A DNA stretch of 24,170 nucleotides from a virus: positions 1-24,170 of IMG/VR virus record IMGVR_UViG_3300002092_000032. One strand, given 5' to 3'. A program made the translations under genes and the position numbers. Under the pieces are notes generated by a model, which did not search any database, was not told where the DNA came from, and saw nothing but the letters and a program-made list of their open reading frames with translations. Shown in pieces: positions 8,690 to 18,267 of this stretch. Each line of letters begins with the position of its first letter. Position 1 is the stretch's first letter.

Positions 8690-11600
8690 CTAGATTAGTC
8701 TGTATTGTGTAGTGAATACTGTTGTGTTGCTACTTGAAGGAGTTACTGCTAGATTTAGTGTAGAGCCAACTATGTTCACTGAGAAGGATCCTACGCTAGT
8801 TCCTAATGAGACTCCACCGAAGACAGACCATCCTACATCCGTCCCGTCAGTTACTGCGTGAATGCTTGTAACCTGATACTTAGTTCCGCCTGCATCCACG
8901 CCCTTAATCAAGAACTCTGCACCAGTGATGTTTCCAGAAATACCTGCTACATTAACTGAAGCAATCGTAATATTAGGTCCAACAGTTGAAGTCGTTACTG
9001 ACGCATATCCAAGATATGCTGTTCCTTCCGCTGTATTAGCAACATTAGTCAAGACTATATTTCCACCTACCGTAGCATCAGCAGCAATGTTTGCACCAGA
9101 TGTTGCGATTAGATTACCACCACTGATATTGCCGGTAGTTGTGACAGTGTTAGAACCAGCAGCGATAGTGCCGATGATGTTACCACCACTGATATTGCCG
9201 GTAGTTGTGACAGTGTTAGAACCAGCAGCGATAGTGCCGATGATGTTACCACCACTGATATTGCCAGTAGTTGTGATAGTGTTAGAACCAGCAGCCACAG
9301 CACCTACGAAAGTATTTGCAGTGATGACGTTAGCACCGGAGATGTTAGAGCCAGAACCAGTGCCGATATTCAAGTTTCCACCAATATTTGCGTTACCAGT
9401 TACGTCAATGCTTGTCAGGGTACCAACTGAAGTAATGTTTGGCTGTGCATTCGCAGTGACTGTTCCAGCACTCAATGCATATGTTGCATTTGCTACGGTG
9501 CCAGTGACATTAGCACCAGTGATTGAAGTGAGGGCAGAACCATTACCGCTTACATTAGTGAAATCACCGTTAACAGCTCCGATGTTACCGACATTCGCAT
9601 TGCCACTAGCATATAGTGTACCGCTGATGTTAGCACCAGTAGTAGTTACGACAAACACATTAGCATTACCGCCAGCAGAAATATTGACATTTCCGTCCGC
9701 TGTAGGGATTTTCACATTTGATGTGCCGTTTGCGAGAGGACCGATGACATTACCTGCTGTAATATTGCCAGTTACCGATAGATTAGCGAGCGTACCAACG
9801 CTTGTCAGACTTGAGTTAACAATCGTTGCTGCAAGAGTGGTGCCAGTCAAGTTAGCAGCATTTGCAGTGATCGCAGTGTTAGCAGCAGCAGTCAGCTGGC
9901 CCTGAGAGTTAACAGTGAATGTCGCAACCGCATCTCCGCTGCCGTATGACGCTGCTGTTACAGTAGTATTAGAGAGGTAGAACTGATTGTTAGGATAGAG
10001 ACCTAATCCAGTACCAGCAGTGTATATCTGTACTTGCGCGAACTGAGCAAAAGTAAGATTAGTCGTGCCGAATACGATTGTGCCACCGGTGCTAAGAACA
10101 TATGCTTCGCCTGCATCACTGCCACTAATTACGAGGAAGAATGCACCTTGACTTAAACCTTGGGCACTATTCGGAATATAGGTGTCCCCGTCAGCAGCAC
10201 GAGTTAGAATCCAAGGACTGCCGCCGCCGCCAGCTACACCAACTTGTGAAATATAGTACACACCGTTCTGTGTTTGATCAGTCTGTCCAAGAACAAGAAT
10301 GCGATCATTCAACACAGCAGTGTACGACTCAATTATTAATGGACCGTTAGTGTTTGAGGTAAGAGTTGCACCAACCCCTGAATTTGCGAGTGAGGTAATA
10401 GACAACCCACTACCGTTAGTAAGAACGATCGGGTCGCCGTCAAATGTAAGTGCAAGTTTGATAGTTGTCGTTGTCGGCACCGCAGCAACAAAATACGGAG
10501 TACCGGCAGTAATTCCGTTAGTAGTACTCCCGAATACGATAACATTATTAAGTGTTAGTCCGTGTGCGGAACCTGTTGCAATAGTGTCAGCGTTGGTGAT
10601 AGTAGTCCAAGTCGGAGTAGTGCCACCACCGGTGTAGGACGCAGCTAAATTCTCATCAGCATCGTTGTTTACGGCAGGGTGGATGTCAAGTCCTGCTGCA
10701 ACAGCATTATCAACATATGCCTTAGTAGCGGCGTCTTGTGCTGATACAGGATTTGCTAGAGATTTGATGTTTACTTGATTTAGAATCACATTACCGTTTA
10801 CTGGAGAAAGATAGATGTTACCGTTACCAGTAGTCGTGACAATAAGATTGGCTCCCACACTCGTGAGTGTATTAGCAACGAGATTAGCATTGCTTTGAAC
10901 ATCACCGCTTGCGACTGAAGAACCAGTAAGTGCTAAATTACCGAAATTTGCATTACCTGTGCCAGTAGTCAATGTGCCTGTGATATTTGCACCAGTTGAA
11001 GTTACTACGAACACATTAGGAGTGCCGCCTACTGAAGTGATAACATTTCCGCCTGCTGTAGGGATGCTCACATTTGAACTGCCATTAGCGAATACACCGA
11101 GGATGTTACCACCAGTGATATTGCCAGTTGTTGTGATAGTGTTAGAACCAGCAGCGATGGTGCCGATGATGTTACCACCGGTAACATTTCCAGTAGTTGT
11201 AATGTTGTTAGCACCGGCAACGATAGCACCGATAAGATTTCCACCACTGATGTTTCCAGTTGTTGTGATAGTGTTAGAACCAGCAGCGATGGTGCCGATG
11301 ATGTTACCACCAGTGATGTTACCATTAGCGACTATCAAGCCATCTGTGCCTAAATTACCTACATTTGCGTTACCGGTTACATTAGCAGTACCGGTAATAT
11401 TAGCACCGGTTGCAGTGACGACAAGAACATTAGCATTACCACCAACTGAAACATTTACATTTCCGTTAGCTGTAGGAATGTTCACATTTGATGTACCGTT
11501 TGCGATACCTGATACTTGAGAAGCAGTAATACCGGTCAACTGAGAACCGTTACCAATGAAGAAGGTAGCAGAAAGATTACCGCTCGCATCTCTTAGTGCA

Positions 11601-12712
11601 ATAGTATCTGCTGTGTTTGCTGATGCACTTGATGCACCTGATAGTAGGCTAGCATTCAAGTTAGCAACTACTGTATTTGAGTTGACTAAGAAGGGAGCAG
11701 TGCCTTGTGCGATATTCGCAATAACTTGCGGAGTTGTAATATTAGCAGAAGCTAGAACTTGCGTAGTATCTAAGTTACCAACGTTTGCATTACCAGTTAC
11801 GTCAAGACTTGTTAGCGTGCCAACTGAAGTGATGTTGGGTTGTGCGTTTGTAGTGACCGTACCAGCAGTACCGGCACTACCAGCAGTACCAGCACTCAAT
11901 GCATATGTGGCATTCGCTACTGTACCGGTGACATTAGCACCGTTAATAGAAGTAAGAGAAGAACCATTTCCTGTGAAATAGTTTGCGTTTACGTAGTTGA
12001 CACTATTGATATTGCCACCGGACATAGTGATATTGCCACCAGAACCGCTTGTGCTGATATTACTAGCAAGGAGATTACCAGTGACATCAAGATTTCCTGA
12101 AACATTAGCACCAGTTGAAGTTACGACGAACACATTAGCATTACCACCAACTGAAGTGTTAACATTGCCTCCTGCTACCGGAACGCTTACATTTGAGTTA
12201 CCATTAGCAATACTAGAAGTTCCTACTGTGCCCCAACTTAGATTGCCTGCACCATCCGTTTTTAGGTATTGACCATTGGTACCTCCTTGAATCGTGATGT
12301 TGCCTACCGGACCCAGATTAGCAGTGCCAACCATTTCCAGTGAACCAAGATTAGCATAACCAGCGATGTTTACGCCTGTATTAGTGATAGTCAACTGTGA
12401 AGTGACATTACCATTTACATAGTTGTAGATATTACCGTTTGCAGTAGGAATAGAAACATTGCTGTTGCCGTTAAAAATTGCATTCTGTGATGATGCTGCC
12501 ACCCATGAAAGATTTCCTGCACCGTCTGTCTGCAACGAGTACCCAGCTGAACCGCCAGTGATGATGACGTTGCTAACAAGACCCAGATTCGCACTTGTAC
12601 TCGCGACAATGTTGTTAGAGGTTACGTCCCCGTTGCCATAAATAATTGTTACCGGTGTCTCTCCTACTGAGAAACCTGCGATTGAATTTAGTGGATTTAG
12701 TCCGCTGGCCAT
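8690..12712 (-). CDS. Long fibre-like virion protein (1340 aa)
   Basis: N-terminal LNSIAGFSVG motif; LQTDGAGNLSW, AQPNITSVGTL and GNIIGTIAAGSN repeats; DAATKAYVD...DRILV...NGVY...LTRAAD...YTAGTGL domain with an insertion; C-terminal beta-rich domain. Confidence 0.85.
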   Translation of the reverse strand: MASGLNPLNSIAGFSVGETPVTIIYGNGDVTSNNIVASTSANLGLVSNVIITGGSAGYSLQTDGAGNLSWVAASSQNAIFNGNSNVSIPTANGNIYNYVNGNVTSQLTITNTGVNIAGYANLGSLEMVGTANLGPVGNITIQGGTNGQYLKTDGAGNLSWGTVGTSSIANGNSNVSVPVAGGNVNTSVGGNANVFVVTSTGANVSGNLDVTGNLLASNISTSGSGGNITMSGGNINSVNYVNANYFTGNGSSLTSINGANVTGTVANATYALSAGTAGSAGTAGTVTTNAQPNITSVGTLTSLDVTGNANVGNLDTTQVLASANITTPQVIANIAQGTAPFLVNSNTVVANLNASLLSGASSASANTADTIALRDASGNLSATFFIGNGSQLTGITASQVSGIANGTSNVNIPTANGNVNVSVGGNANVLVVTATGANITGTANVTGNANVGNLGTDGLIVANGNITGGNIIGTIAAGSNTITTTGNISGGNLIGAIVAGANNITTTGNVTGGNIIGTIAAGSNTITTTGNITGGNILGVFANGSSNVSIPTAGGNVITSVGGTPNVFVVTSTGANITGTLTTGTGNANFGNLALTGSSVASGDVQSNANLVANTLTSVGANLIVTTTGNGNIYLSPVNGNVILNQVNIKSLANPVSAQDAATKAYVDNAVAAGLDIHPAVNNDADENLAASYTGGGTTPTWTTITNADTIATGSAHGLTLNNVIVFGSTTNGITAGTPYFVAAVPTTTTIKLALTFDGDPIVLTNGSGLSITSLANSGVGATLTSNTNGPLIIESYTAVLNDRILVLGQTDQTQNGVYYISQVGVAGGGGSPWILTRAADGDTYIPNSAQGLSQGAFFLVISGSDAGEAYVLSTGGTIVFGTTNLTFAQFAQVQIYTAGTGLGLYPNNQFYLSNTTVTAASYGSGDAVATFTVNSQGQLTAAANTAITANAANLTGTTLAATIVNSSLTSVGTLANLSVTGNITAGNVIGPLANGTSNVKIPTADGNVNISAGGNANVFVVTTTGANISGTLYASGNANVGNIGAVNGDFTNVSGNGSALTSITGANVTGTVANATYALSAGTVTANAQPNITSVGTLTSIDVTGNANIGGNLNIGTGSGSNISGANVITANTFVGAVAAGSNTITTTGNISGGNIIGTIAAGSNTVTTTGNISGGNIIGTIAAGSNTVTTTGNISGGNLIATSGANIAADATVGGNIVLTNVANTAEGTAYLGYASVTTSTVGPNITIASVNVAGISGNITGAEFLIKGVDAGGTKYQVTSIHAVTDGTDVGWSVFGGVSLGTSVGSFSVNIVGSTLNLAVTPSSSNTTVFTTQYRLI

Positions 12713-12740
12713 GATAACTTTGTTCCTTCTGTGTTGTTAA

Positions 12741-12748
12741 TATTTATC
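12741..12748 (-). promoter_or_regulatory. Late promoter-like element (GATAAATA)
   Basis: TAAATA core in the intergenic gap, upstream of an AAGGA Shine-Dalgarno and the ATG at 12712. Confidence 0.55.
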
Positions 12749-12768
12749 TTTTTCTCGTAATTCTAGTC

Positions 12769-13590
12769 CTAGGGAGCATATCTAGTGATTAATATTTTGT
12801 ATACAATCTGATTAGATGAGTTCGGTGAAACGTATAATCCTACTGTAGGAGTAACCCCTGGGTTGTATGCTACACTAAACGAACCTACGCCACCAGCAAG
12901 CTGCAAACCAGCATATTCAGAGAATGAAACTTGACCGGCGTATGTTATTCCAGAAATTTTTAATGATGATCTAGTTAATGCTACTGTATCAGTTGCTATG
13001 ATTTGAAAATCTATACCTGCGATGGATGCAGCCGGCACGCTATATAAAACTTGATCTGTTGCCGGTGAAGTAGTAACCGCAAAGTAGACTTCAGAAGTGC
13101 AGAATTCATTTGTACCAGCACCGATAGTGAGCGTATTTGCGATCAAAGGGCCGGTGATCGTTACTGTATTAGATGAATTATCAAATGTAAAATTACTACT
13201 ACCAGCGAAAGACCCATCGCTATTATATTGTATCTGGGTATTGGAACCTCCAGGAGAACCGTTTCCACCGTTACCTGTCTGAGCGGTCCAACTTAAGTGG
13301 CCTGCACCATCTGTCTGTAATACGTATCCGTTAGTACCGCCGGAAATTGTTATATTTCCTACAGAACCTAAATCAGACGTACCACTAACACTTACCGAAT
13401 TTAACGTAAGTGCGTCACTCCATACTCTAGCGTTGTCTGTTCCTAGAGTCAAAACTGCATTTGCGTTTCCCGAGCCAAGGTTTGGCTCTGCTTCTGAAAG
13501 CCCCAAAAATTGATAGCGGTCAATCGTTAGGTTACCGTAAGATGTAACCGGAACACGACCACTTAGCAGCCTTGAAGTGTTAATTCCCAT
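12769..13590 (-). CDS. Putative virion structural protein (273 aa), fibre-family paralog
   Basis: GGTNGYVLQTDGAGHLSWTAQTGNGG and PGGSNTQIQYN motifs shared with 13960..15942; C-terminal beta-rich domain resembling those of the fibre genes. Confidence 0.75.
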   Translation of the reverse strand: MGINTSRLLSGRVPVTSYGNLTIDRYQFLGLSEAEPNLGSGNANAVLTLGTDNARVWSDALTLNSVSVSGTSDLGSVGNITISGGTNGYVLQTDGAGHLSWTAQTGNGGNGSPGGSNTQIQYNSDGSFAGSSNFTFDNSSNTVTITGPLIANTLTIGAGTNEFCTSEVYFAVTTSPATDQVLYSVPAASIAGIDFQIIATDTVALTRSSLKISGITYAGQVSFSEYAGLQLAGGVGSFSVAYNPGVTPTVGLYVSPNSSNQIVYKILITRYAP

Positions 13591-13593
13591 ATT

Positions 13594-13932
13594 TTAATTG
13601 CCTGTAACTAATGTTTCTAGATAGCTTAAAACTAATTGGGCGCTAGAATTGTCACTACTAGTGAATTGTAATATGTCACCGTATTGTAATATTAATCGTC
13701 CTGTTAACACACTAGTAGCATCATTCACAGGTATACTAGTTCCGTTGATGAGCGAGGTAGCGGATCCCTGACGATATACACCAGCCGAAACCTGTATAGT
13801 AGCCAACCCGGTATTACTAACTTGGGCCATCAACACCACAGTGACATATCCAAGAGGAGGAGTGTATACGTTAGCTGTGGTTGTGGTTAGATCAGCTAGT
13901 GTAGTTCTAAAATTATTTAGTGCTGCTGCCAT
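13594..13932 (-). CDS. Small putative structural protein (112 aa), beta-sandwich-like
   Basis: VYTPPLGYVTVVLMAQVSN...GRLILQYGD...LSYLET pattern resembles small proteins that follow fibre genes in T4-like aquatic phages; AAGGA upstream. Confidence 0.65.
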   Translation of the reverse strand: MAAALNNFRTTLADLTTTTANVYTPPLGYVTVVLMAQVSNTGLATIQVSAGVYRQGSATSLINGTSIPVNDATSVLTGRLILQYGDILQFTSSDNSSAQLVLSYLETLVTGN

Positions 13933-13959
13933 ACTATTTCCTTCATTATTTTCTTAATT

Positions 13960-15942
13960 TTACAATCCGCCCAATGCTAAGATAAACGGAGTCATCTGAG
14001 CAAACAAACTTTGATAGAAGTAATCACCAGTGATAACCCCAGTAGCTTGATTAATAGTAAATCCTAGACCGACTTTAAAGTTACCTTTTTGGTCGGTACT
14101 TGTAAATGTTATCACGCCACCGTTCGTTGCTATGACTTCATTAGCTTCAATTGGTATACCGCCGTATTGAGGTAGTGCAGTTGCAGGATTAGTTCCGGCG
14201 CCCACATATTCAAATGTATGGGCACTTGCTATAATTGAGCTACGCACATAGAATGAAACATTTTTACCAACAACAGGGGTTTCTGTGTTATAAACTTGCT
14301 GTATGACTACTGTTGACTGTCCTGCGATAGGTTGATTGGGTGCAATCGTATCAATCGTATAATACTCTGGATCATCTTGTATTACCATAATAGTATTAAC
14401 GTGAGGTTGACCGTTTGATAGGTTATTGAGTACAAAGATACCTTGATATTCAGAAACTATAGTGCCGGTAGTCTGCAATGGACCATATCCATCTGCTACT
14501 AGACCATAGTTACCGATTGAACAGTCACTCCCGTTCAAAGTGCAGAATGCACCAGACTCTACTTTGATACCTATGTCACACGCAATAGTATAGATGTTAA
14601 CCAGCTGACTGTAGCCTGTATTCAAGATATGAATACCTTTACCACCTCGGTTGATGATAGTAAAGAAACCAACAATCATTGCCTTAGTACTGATGCTACT
14701 GACATTAGCGCCGTCAATGTAGACCGCAGTACCAGTTGTAGTAGATGAGGTCAGATTTTGAATATAAGGACTCACGAACACATTTTGCGTAGGTGTCGCC
14801 GGGTCAAAACTAAATCCATTAGCAGTATAATTTCTGATCGTGATGCCCCAAACATAAGATCCGCTACGCACATAGAATAAGTCAGCAGACGGAGTTTGTG
14901 GTATTACTGTAACATTTCGTAGATTGTCGCCCATCAATGCTACGTTAGCTGGTATAGTAATAGGATTTGCTTCTGTATATGTTCCCGGAGCCACGTGAAC
15001 GGAAAATCCGCCCGCTGAAGCAGCATTCAATGCAGCCTTGATTGTTCTATAAGGTTTGTTAATGTCACCGTTGTTAGCGTCATCTCCGTTAGTTGCTACA
15101 TAAAGTATTTTAGCACTAGTGTTAAATGTCATCGGGGTGCCGTTACCGATGAAATTGCTAGCAATGATGTTGCCGGTAGCATCAACAGTTCCATTACCAA
15201 ATGTAACGTTTGAAGTTGCATTGCCTACTGTTAATCCAGTAAGTGTACCGACTGAGGTGATGTTAGGTTGTGCATTATTTGTTACATTACCAGCATACGC
15301 TGCATAGTTTGCATTCTCTACATTTCCCGTAACATTACCAGCATACGCTGCATAGTTTGCAGTTACTGCATATGCGGCATTTGCTACGGTACCGGTTACA
15401 TTAGAACCTGCGATATTGCTTAGATTCCCACCTTCGCCTGATATGTGAGGTGCTGTTAATAAATTGGTAGTTGAGTCAAACGTGAAGCCCGAACTACCAG
15501 CAAAGTTGCCAGCATTATTATATTGAACTTGCGTGTTCGCGCCGCCCGGAGTGGCGTTGCCGCCACCATTACCGGTCTGTGCAGTCCAACTTAGATTACC
15601 TGCACCATCTGTTTGTAATACATATCCATTAGTGCCGCCACCGATACTAATATTAGACACGCTGCCTAAGGATAAGATATTGCCATTCCAAGTTACGTTT
15701 GGAATTCCGCCAAACGTTCCACCACTATTAAATTGTAGTTGGGTATTTGTTCCACCGGCAGTACCGATAAACGGTGCACCATTGGCTAGCTTGTAGTAAG
15801 TCGCATAGACTACATTAGCGGTAACATTACCAGTAGTGTTTACATTAGTAACGACGTTAGCGTTACCGTCAACTACTGGAACCGGAGGAATGCCTACTGA
15901 GAAACCACCAACCGAATTAAATGTATTTGCTGTTGAAGTCAT
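13960..15942 (-). CDS. Tailspike/fibre protein with a pectin-lyase-like parallel beta-helix domain (660 aa)
   Basis: LYVATNGDDANNG...PYRTIKAAL...VHVAPGTYTE..PITIP..VALMG is the typical N-cap of right-handed beta-helix domains; the N-terminal half shares fibre repeats and the FNSVGGFSVG motif. Confidence 0.75.
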   Translation of the reverse strand: MTSTANTFNSVGGFSVGIPPVPVVDGNANVVTNVNTTGNVTANVVYATYYKLANGAPFIGTAGGTNTQLQFNSGGTFGGIPNVTWNGNILSLGSVSNISIGGGTNGYVLQTDGAGNLSWTAQTGNGGGNATPGGANTQVQYNNAGNFAGSSGFTFDSTTNLLTAPHISGEGGNLSNIAGSNVTGTVANAAYAVTANYAAYAGNVTGNVENANYAAYAGNVTNNAQPNITSVGTLTGLTVGNATSNVTFGNGTVDATGNIIASNFIGNGTPMTFNTSAKILYVATNGDDANNGDINKPYRTIKAALNAASAGGFSVHVAPGTYTEANPITIPANVALMGDNLRNVTVIPQTPSADLFYVRSGSYVWGITIRNYTANGFSFDPATPTQNVFVSPYIQNLTSSTTTGTAVYIDGANVSSISTKAMIVGFFTIINRGGKGIHILNTGYSQLVNIYTIACDIGIKVESGAFCTLNGSDCSIGNYGLVADGYGPLQTTGTIVSEYQGIFVLNNLSNGQPHVNTIMVIQDDPEYYTIDTIAPNQPIAGQSTVVIQQVYNTETPVVGKNVSFYVRSSIIASAHTFEYVGAGTNPATALPQYGGIPIEANEVIATNGGVITFTSTDQKGNFKVGLGFTINQATGVITGDYFYQSLFAQMTPFILALGGL

Positions 15943-15959
15943 ATTTTATACCTTTATAT

Positions 15960-16029
15960 TATTTAGCAATTACTGTTCATTTAAAACCCGCAAAATAGCA
16001 TATTTTAAGAACAGAGGAGAGACTAAATA
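15960..16029. promoter_or_regulatory. Divergent pair of late promoter-like elements: GCTAAATA (minus, 15960-15967) and ACTAAATA (plus, 16022-16029)
   Basis: TAAATA cores upstream of both divergently oriented start codons (15942 minus, 16035 plus). Confidence 0.5.
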
Positions 16030-16034
16030 ACAAC

Positions 16035-16400
16035 ATGCACACTCAACAGCCACATAGACCTATATGCACTCACTGCAACTTTTCTCTAGCCAAACCAAAC
16101 GGCAAGAGCAAACATGGTTTCCAACAATGGCATAGATATTGCATTGACTGTGCTAAAGCGATCTACAATGATAGATTCAAACACCTACAGCACAAGAAAA
16201 TGATATGCGAGGATTGTGACTTTGTACCAGAAGATAAGGTTCAGCTAGACCTTGTTTTCAGAGATGGTAACAAGAGTAATAAATCAAAGAATAATCTCTT
16301 GACATTGTGTGCTAATTGTGCTAGACTATATAATAAGAAAATGCGTACAGGACGCAAGTCAATTCTCAACGCTACCGTAGACGGTGACACTAGGATTTGA
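16035..16400 (+). CDS. Zinc-binding HNH-like protein, probably catalytically degenerate
   Basis: Four CxxC pairs (CTHC, CIDC, CEDC, CANC); QLDLVFRDGNKSNKSKNNLLTLCANCAR follows the HNH pattern but lacks the usual His residues; the only credible plus-strand gene. Confidence 0.7.
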   Translation: MHTQQPHRPICTHCNFSLAKPNGKSKHGFQQWHRYCIDCAKAIYNDRFKHLQHKKMICEDCDFVPEDKVQLDLVFRDGNKSNKSKNNLLTLCANCARLYNKKMRTGRKSILNATVDGDTRI

Positions 16401-17183
16401 CTATTCGTGCGTTATCTCCATAATATGGAGAGACGGAAGAAAATGATAATCATATTGCTTGTGGATCGCATCTTCAATGCCTTCAGGGATTTTAGAGAGA
16501 ACATCAGGTATTTCCCATGCATAAACGGATTCATGCTCTTTTCCTGATGCTATTGCTTCCATTCTAAGATGATTTGTATATTTAAAAATCAAATCCTTGA
16601 AGTAATCTGTTATTTTTAGCCCAGAGCCTTCTAATATTTTTTCTGCTTTGGGTAAGGTAAGCCCTTCAGGTTCAGCACACTCAAATAGCAAAATTATCCC
16701 GTCTTCTTTTAAATTTTTCTTTATATTTGCAAAGAAATCCTTATGACTTTTCCACCCGACATCTATAGCTATTCTTTCAATGTCAGGGTTAGAACGATAT
16801 GCTCTAGTCATTGTTTCATCGTAGAAAGGGGGATCACTTACAATGAGATCAAATTTACCTTCTAGATTCTTAACTGTATCACTATGAACAATATTGACTT
16901 TATCTTTCCAATCATTATTAGGAAACAGTTGTGTTTTGATAGCATCTTCACATGCTTCAGCATGTTTTTCAAGTAAGGTGACATTGTTGCAAATTCCAGA
17001 TTCTAGAATGCTGTATCCTATAAATCCGGGCCCGGCACACCATTCTAAACAGTCATCAAATACCCTATCAGGATACCGATGTTTGAGATAGTGAATATAA
17101 TCTTGTCCAAACCATATACCGCCACCGTTATTTTTTGAACTGAAAAAAACAGTTTTAGAATTGATTTTAAACTCTTCTATCAT
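16401..17183 (-). CDS. Class I SAM-dependent methyltransferase (HemK/MTS-like)
   Basis: Motif I LEWCAGPGFIG, acidic residue after the next strand (TLLEK), motif IV FDLIVSDPPF. Confidence 0.8.
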   Translation of the reverse strand: MIEEFKINSKTVFFSSKNNGGGIWFGQDYIHYLKHRYPDRVFDDCLEWCAGPGFIGYSILESGICNNVTLLEKHAEACEDAIKTQLFPNNDWKDKVNIVHSDTVKNLEGKFDLIVSDPPFYDETMTRAYRSNPDIERIAIDVGWKSHKDFFANIKKNLKEDGIILLFECAEPEGLTLPKAEKILEGSGLKITDYFKDLIFKYTNHLRMEAIASGKEHESVYAWEIPDVLSKIPEGIEDAIHKQYDYHFLPSLHIMEITHE

Positions 17184-17191
17184 GATTTGCT

Positions 17192-17722
17192 TTAGGATTT
17201 AATGAGGTGCCAGGGTTCTTCTTTAAATCTTAGGCTGATTGATCTTCTCCAATTAGGACCATCATTTCTCACGCAATGAGAGACACTGTGGTTGAAAATA
17301 ATCGGCCTAGTCAACGTAAATTCGTCAATCTTTCTACAGTCTTCATGTTTATGGTATCGGGTAGCTTGGCTCGGAATGTCACCCACCTGAGGAGTATACC
17401 ATAGAGAAGGTTCTATATCACTCTCCCAGAATTCAGTCACTGCTGTTTCGCAATTCTCTAATGGAATATTCAATGCCAGCCCTGGTGGCAAATTCCAATC
17501 TCCGTCTTGATGTATCACGCCTGGAGCCATTGGAGGGGATTGTATCAAGAATGTCTGTTTCAACTCCAGTCCCATAAAGTGAGTGACATCTAATTTTAAC
17601 CATTGAAAATATGAGAATGGTTCTCTAACATATTCAGTGATAGCTGCTCTATACAGATTCTGCATATTGATGACCTCTTCTTCAGGGGGATCAATATACT
17701 GCCATATGAAATCTTTTATCAT
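17192..17722 (-). CDS. Putative 2OG-Fe(II) oxygenase / double-stranded beta-helix protein
   Basis: HxD (IHQDG), ALNIP strand, distal His (SHCVRN) and RRSISLRF motif. Confidence 0.65.
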   Translation of the reverse strand: MIKDFIWQYIDPPEEEVINMQNLYRAAITEYVREPFSYFQWLKLDVTHFMGLELKQTFLIQSPPMAPGVIHQDGDWNLPPGLALNIPLENCETAVTEFWESDIEPSLWYTPQVGDIPSQATRYHKHEDCRKIDEFTLTRPIIFNHSVSHCVRNDGPNWRRSISLRFKEEPWHLIKS

Positions 17723-17740
17723 TTTTTTCGTTATATAAAA

Positions 17741-18208
17741 TTATAGTGAATATGGATAATTTGTATCCGGAGAAGCGATGATCGTTACTGGAAAATTATA
17801 TGTTCCGGTGGCAAAAGTTTTATATGTAGAATCAGTAGGATCTAGCACAAATGCCCATATAGGTTGTGTGTTGAAGAAGTTATTGATGAATCCACACCAA
17901 ACAGGTGTAGTAGAATATGTACTTCCTTCACTCCATACTGCTGTGTAAATATATGTACCAGGGAAATTTTTGCCGATACTCATATTAGCAACTGTATTTG
18001 CTTGATCGGCTGTCAGTAACATCATAAAAGCAGAGCCAGTAACATCAGGAAGAACTGACTTTGGTGGTATACTATTCGGATTGATTATCACAATCCCGTT
18101 TCCATTCTTACCTGCACCAGGCGTTTGATCTGAGGTGAACACGACCTGAGAATAATCAATCACTAAAGTTTCTGCTGCATCTAATTGTTCTTGAGTTAAG
18201 TCTGTCAT
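17741..18208 (-). CDS. Hypothetical protein (155 aa)
   Basis: AGGAG Shine-Dalgarno and TAAATA elements upstream; no recognisable motif. Confidence 0.7.
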   Translation of the reverse strand: MTDLTQEQLDAAETLVIDYSQVVFTSDQTPGAGKNGNGIVIINPNSIPPKSVLPDVTGSAFMMLLTADQANTVANMSIGKNFPGTYIYTAVWSEGSTYSTTPVWCGFINNFFNTQPIWAFVLDPTDSTYKTFATGTYNFPVTIIASPDTNYPYSL

Positions 18209-18240
18209 AATGTTCTCCTAATTGACAAATTCTTTCTTTT

Positions 18241-18267
18241 TATTTATCAAAACTGCTGATATTTATA
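18241..18267 (-). promoter_or_regulatory. Tandem late promoter-like elements: TATAAATA (18260-18267) and GATAAATA (18241-18248)
   Basis: Exact T4 late consensus plus a variant in the intergenic gap upstream of 18208. Confidence 0.55.

Noticed and set aside
1-12712. Diversity-generating retroelement template/variable repeat pairs among fibre repeats
   Set aside because: No reverse transcriptase in the window, and differences between copies are mostly synonymous rather than adenine-specific.
256-15796. Many long plus-strand ORFs rich in Val/Pro/Leu/Met (e.g. 1438..2376, 6001..7194, 8925..9905)
   Set aside because: Antisense shadows of the repetitive minus-strand fibre genes, whose codon usage leaves few stops on the opposite strand; no independent start signals or motifs.
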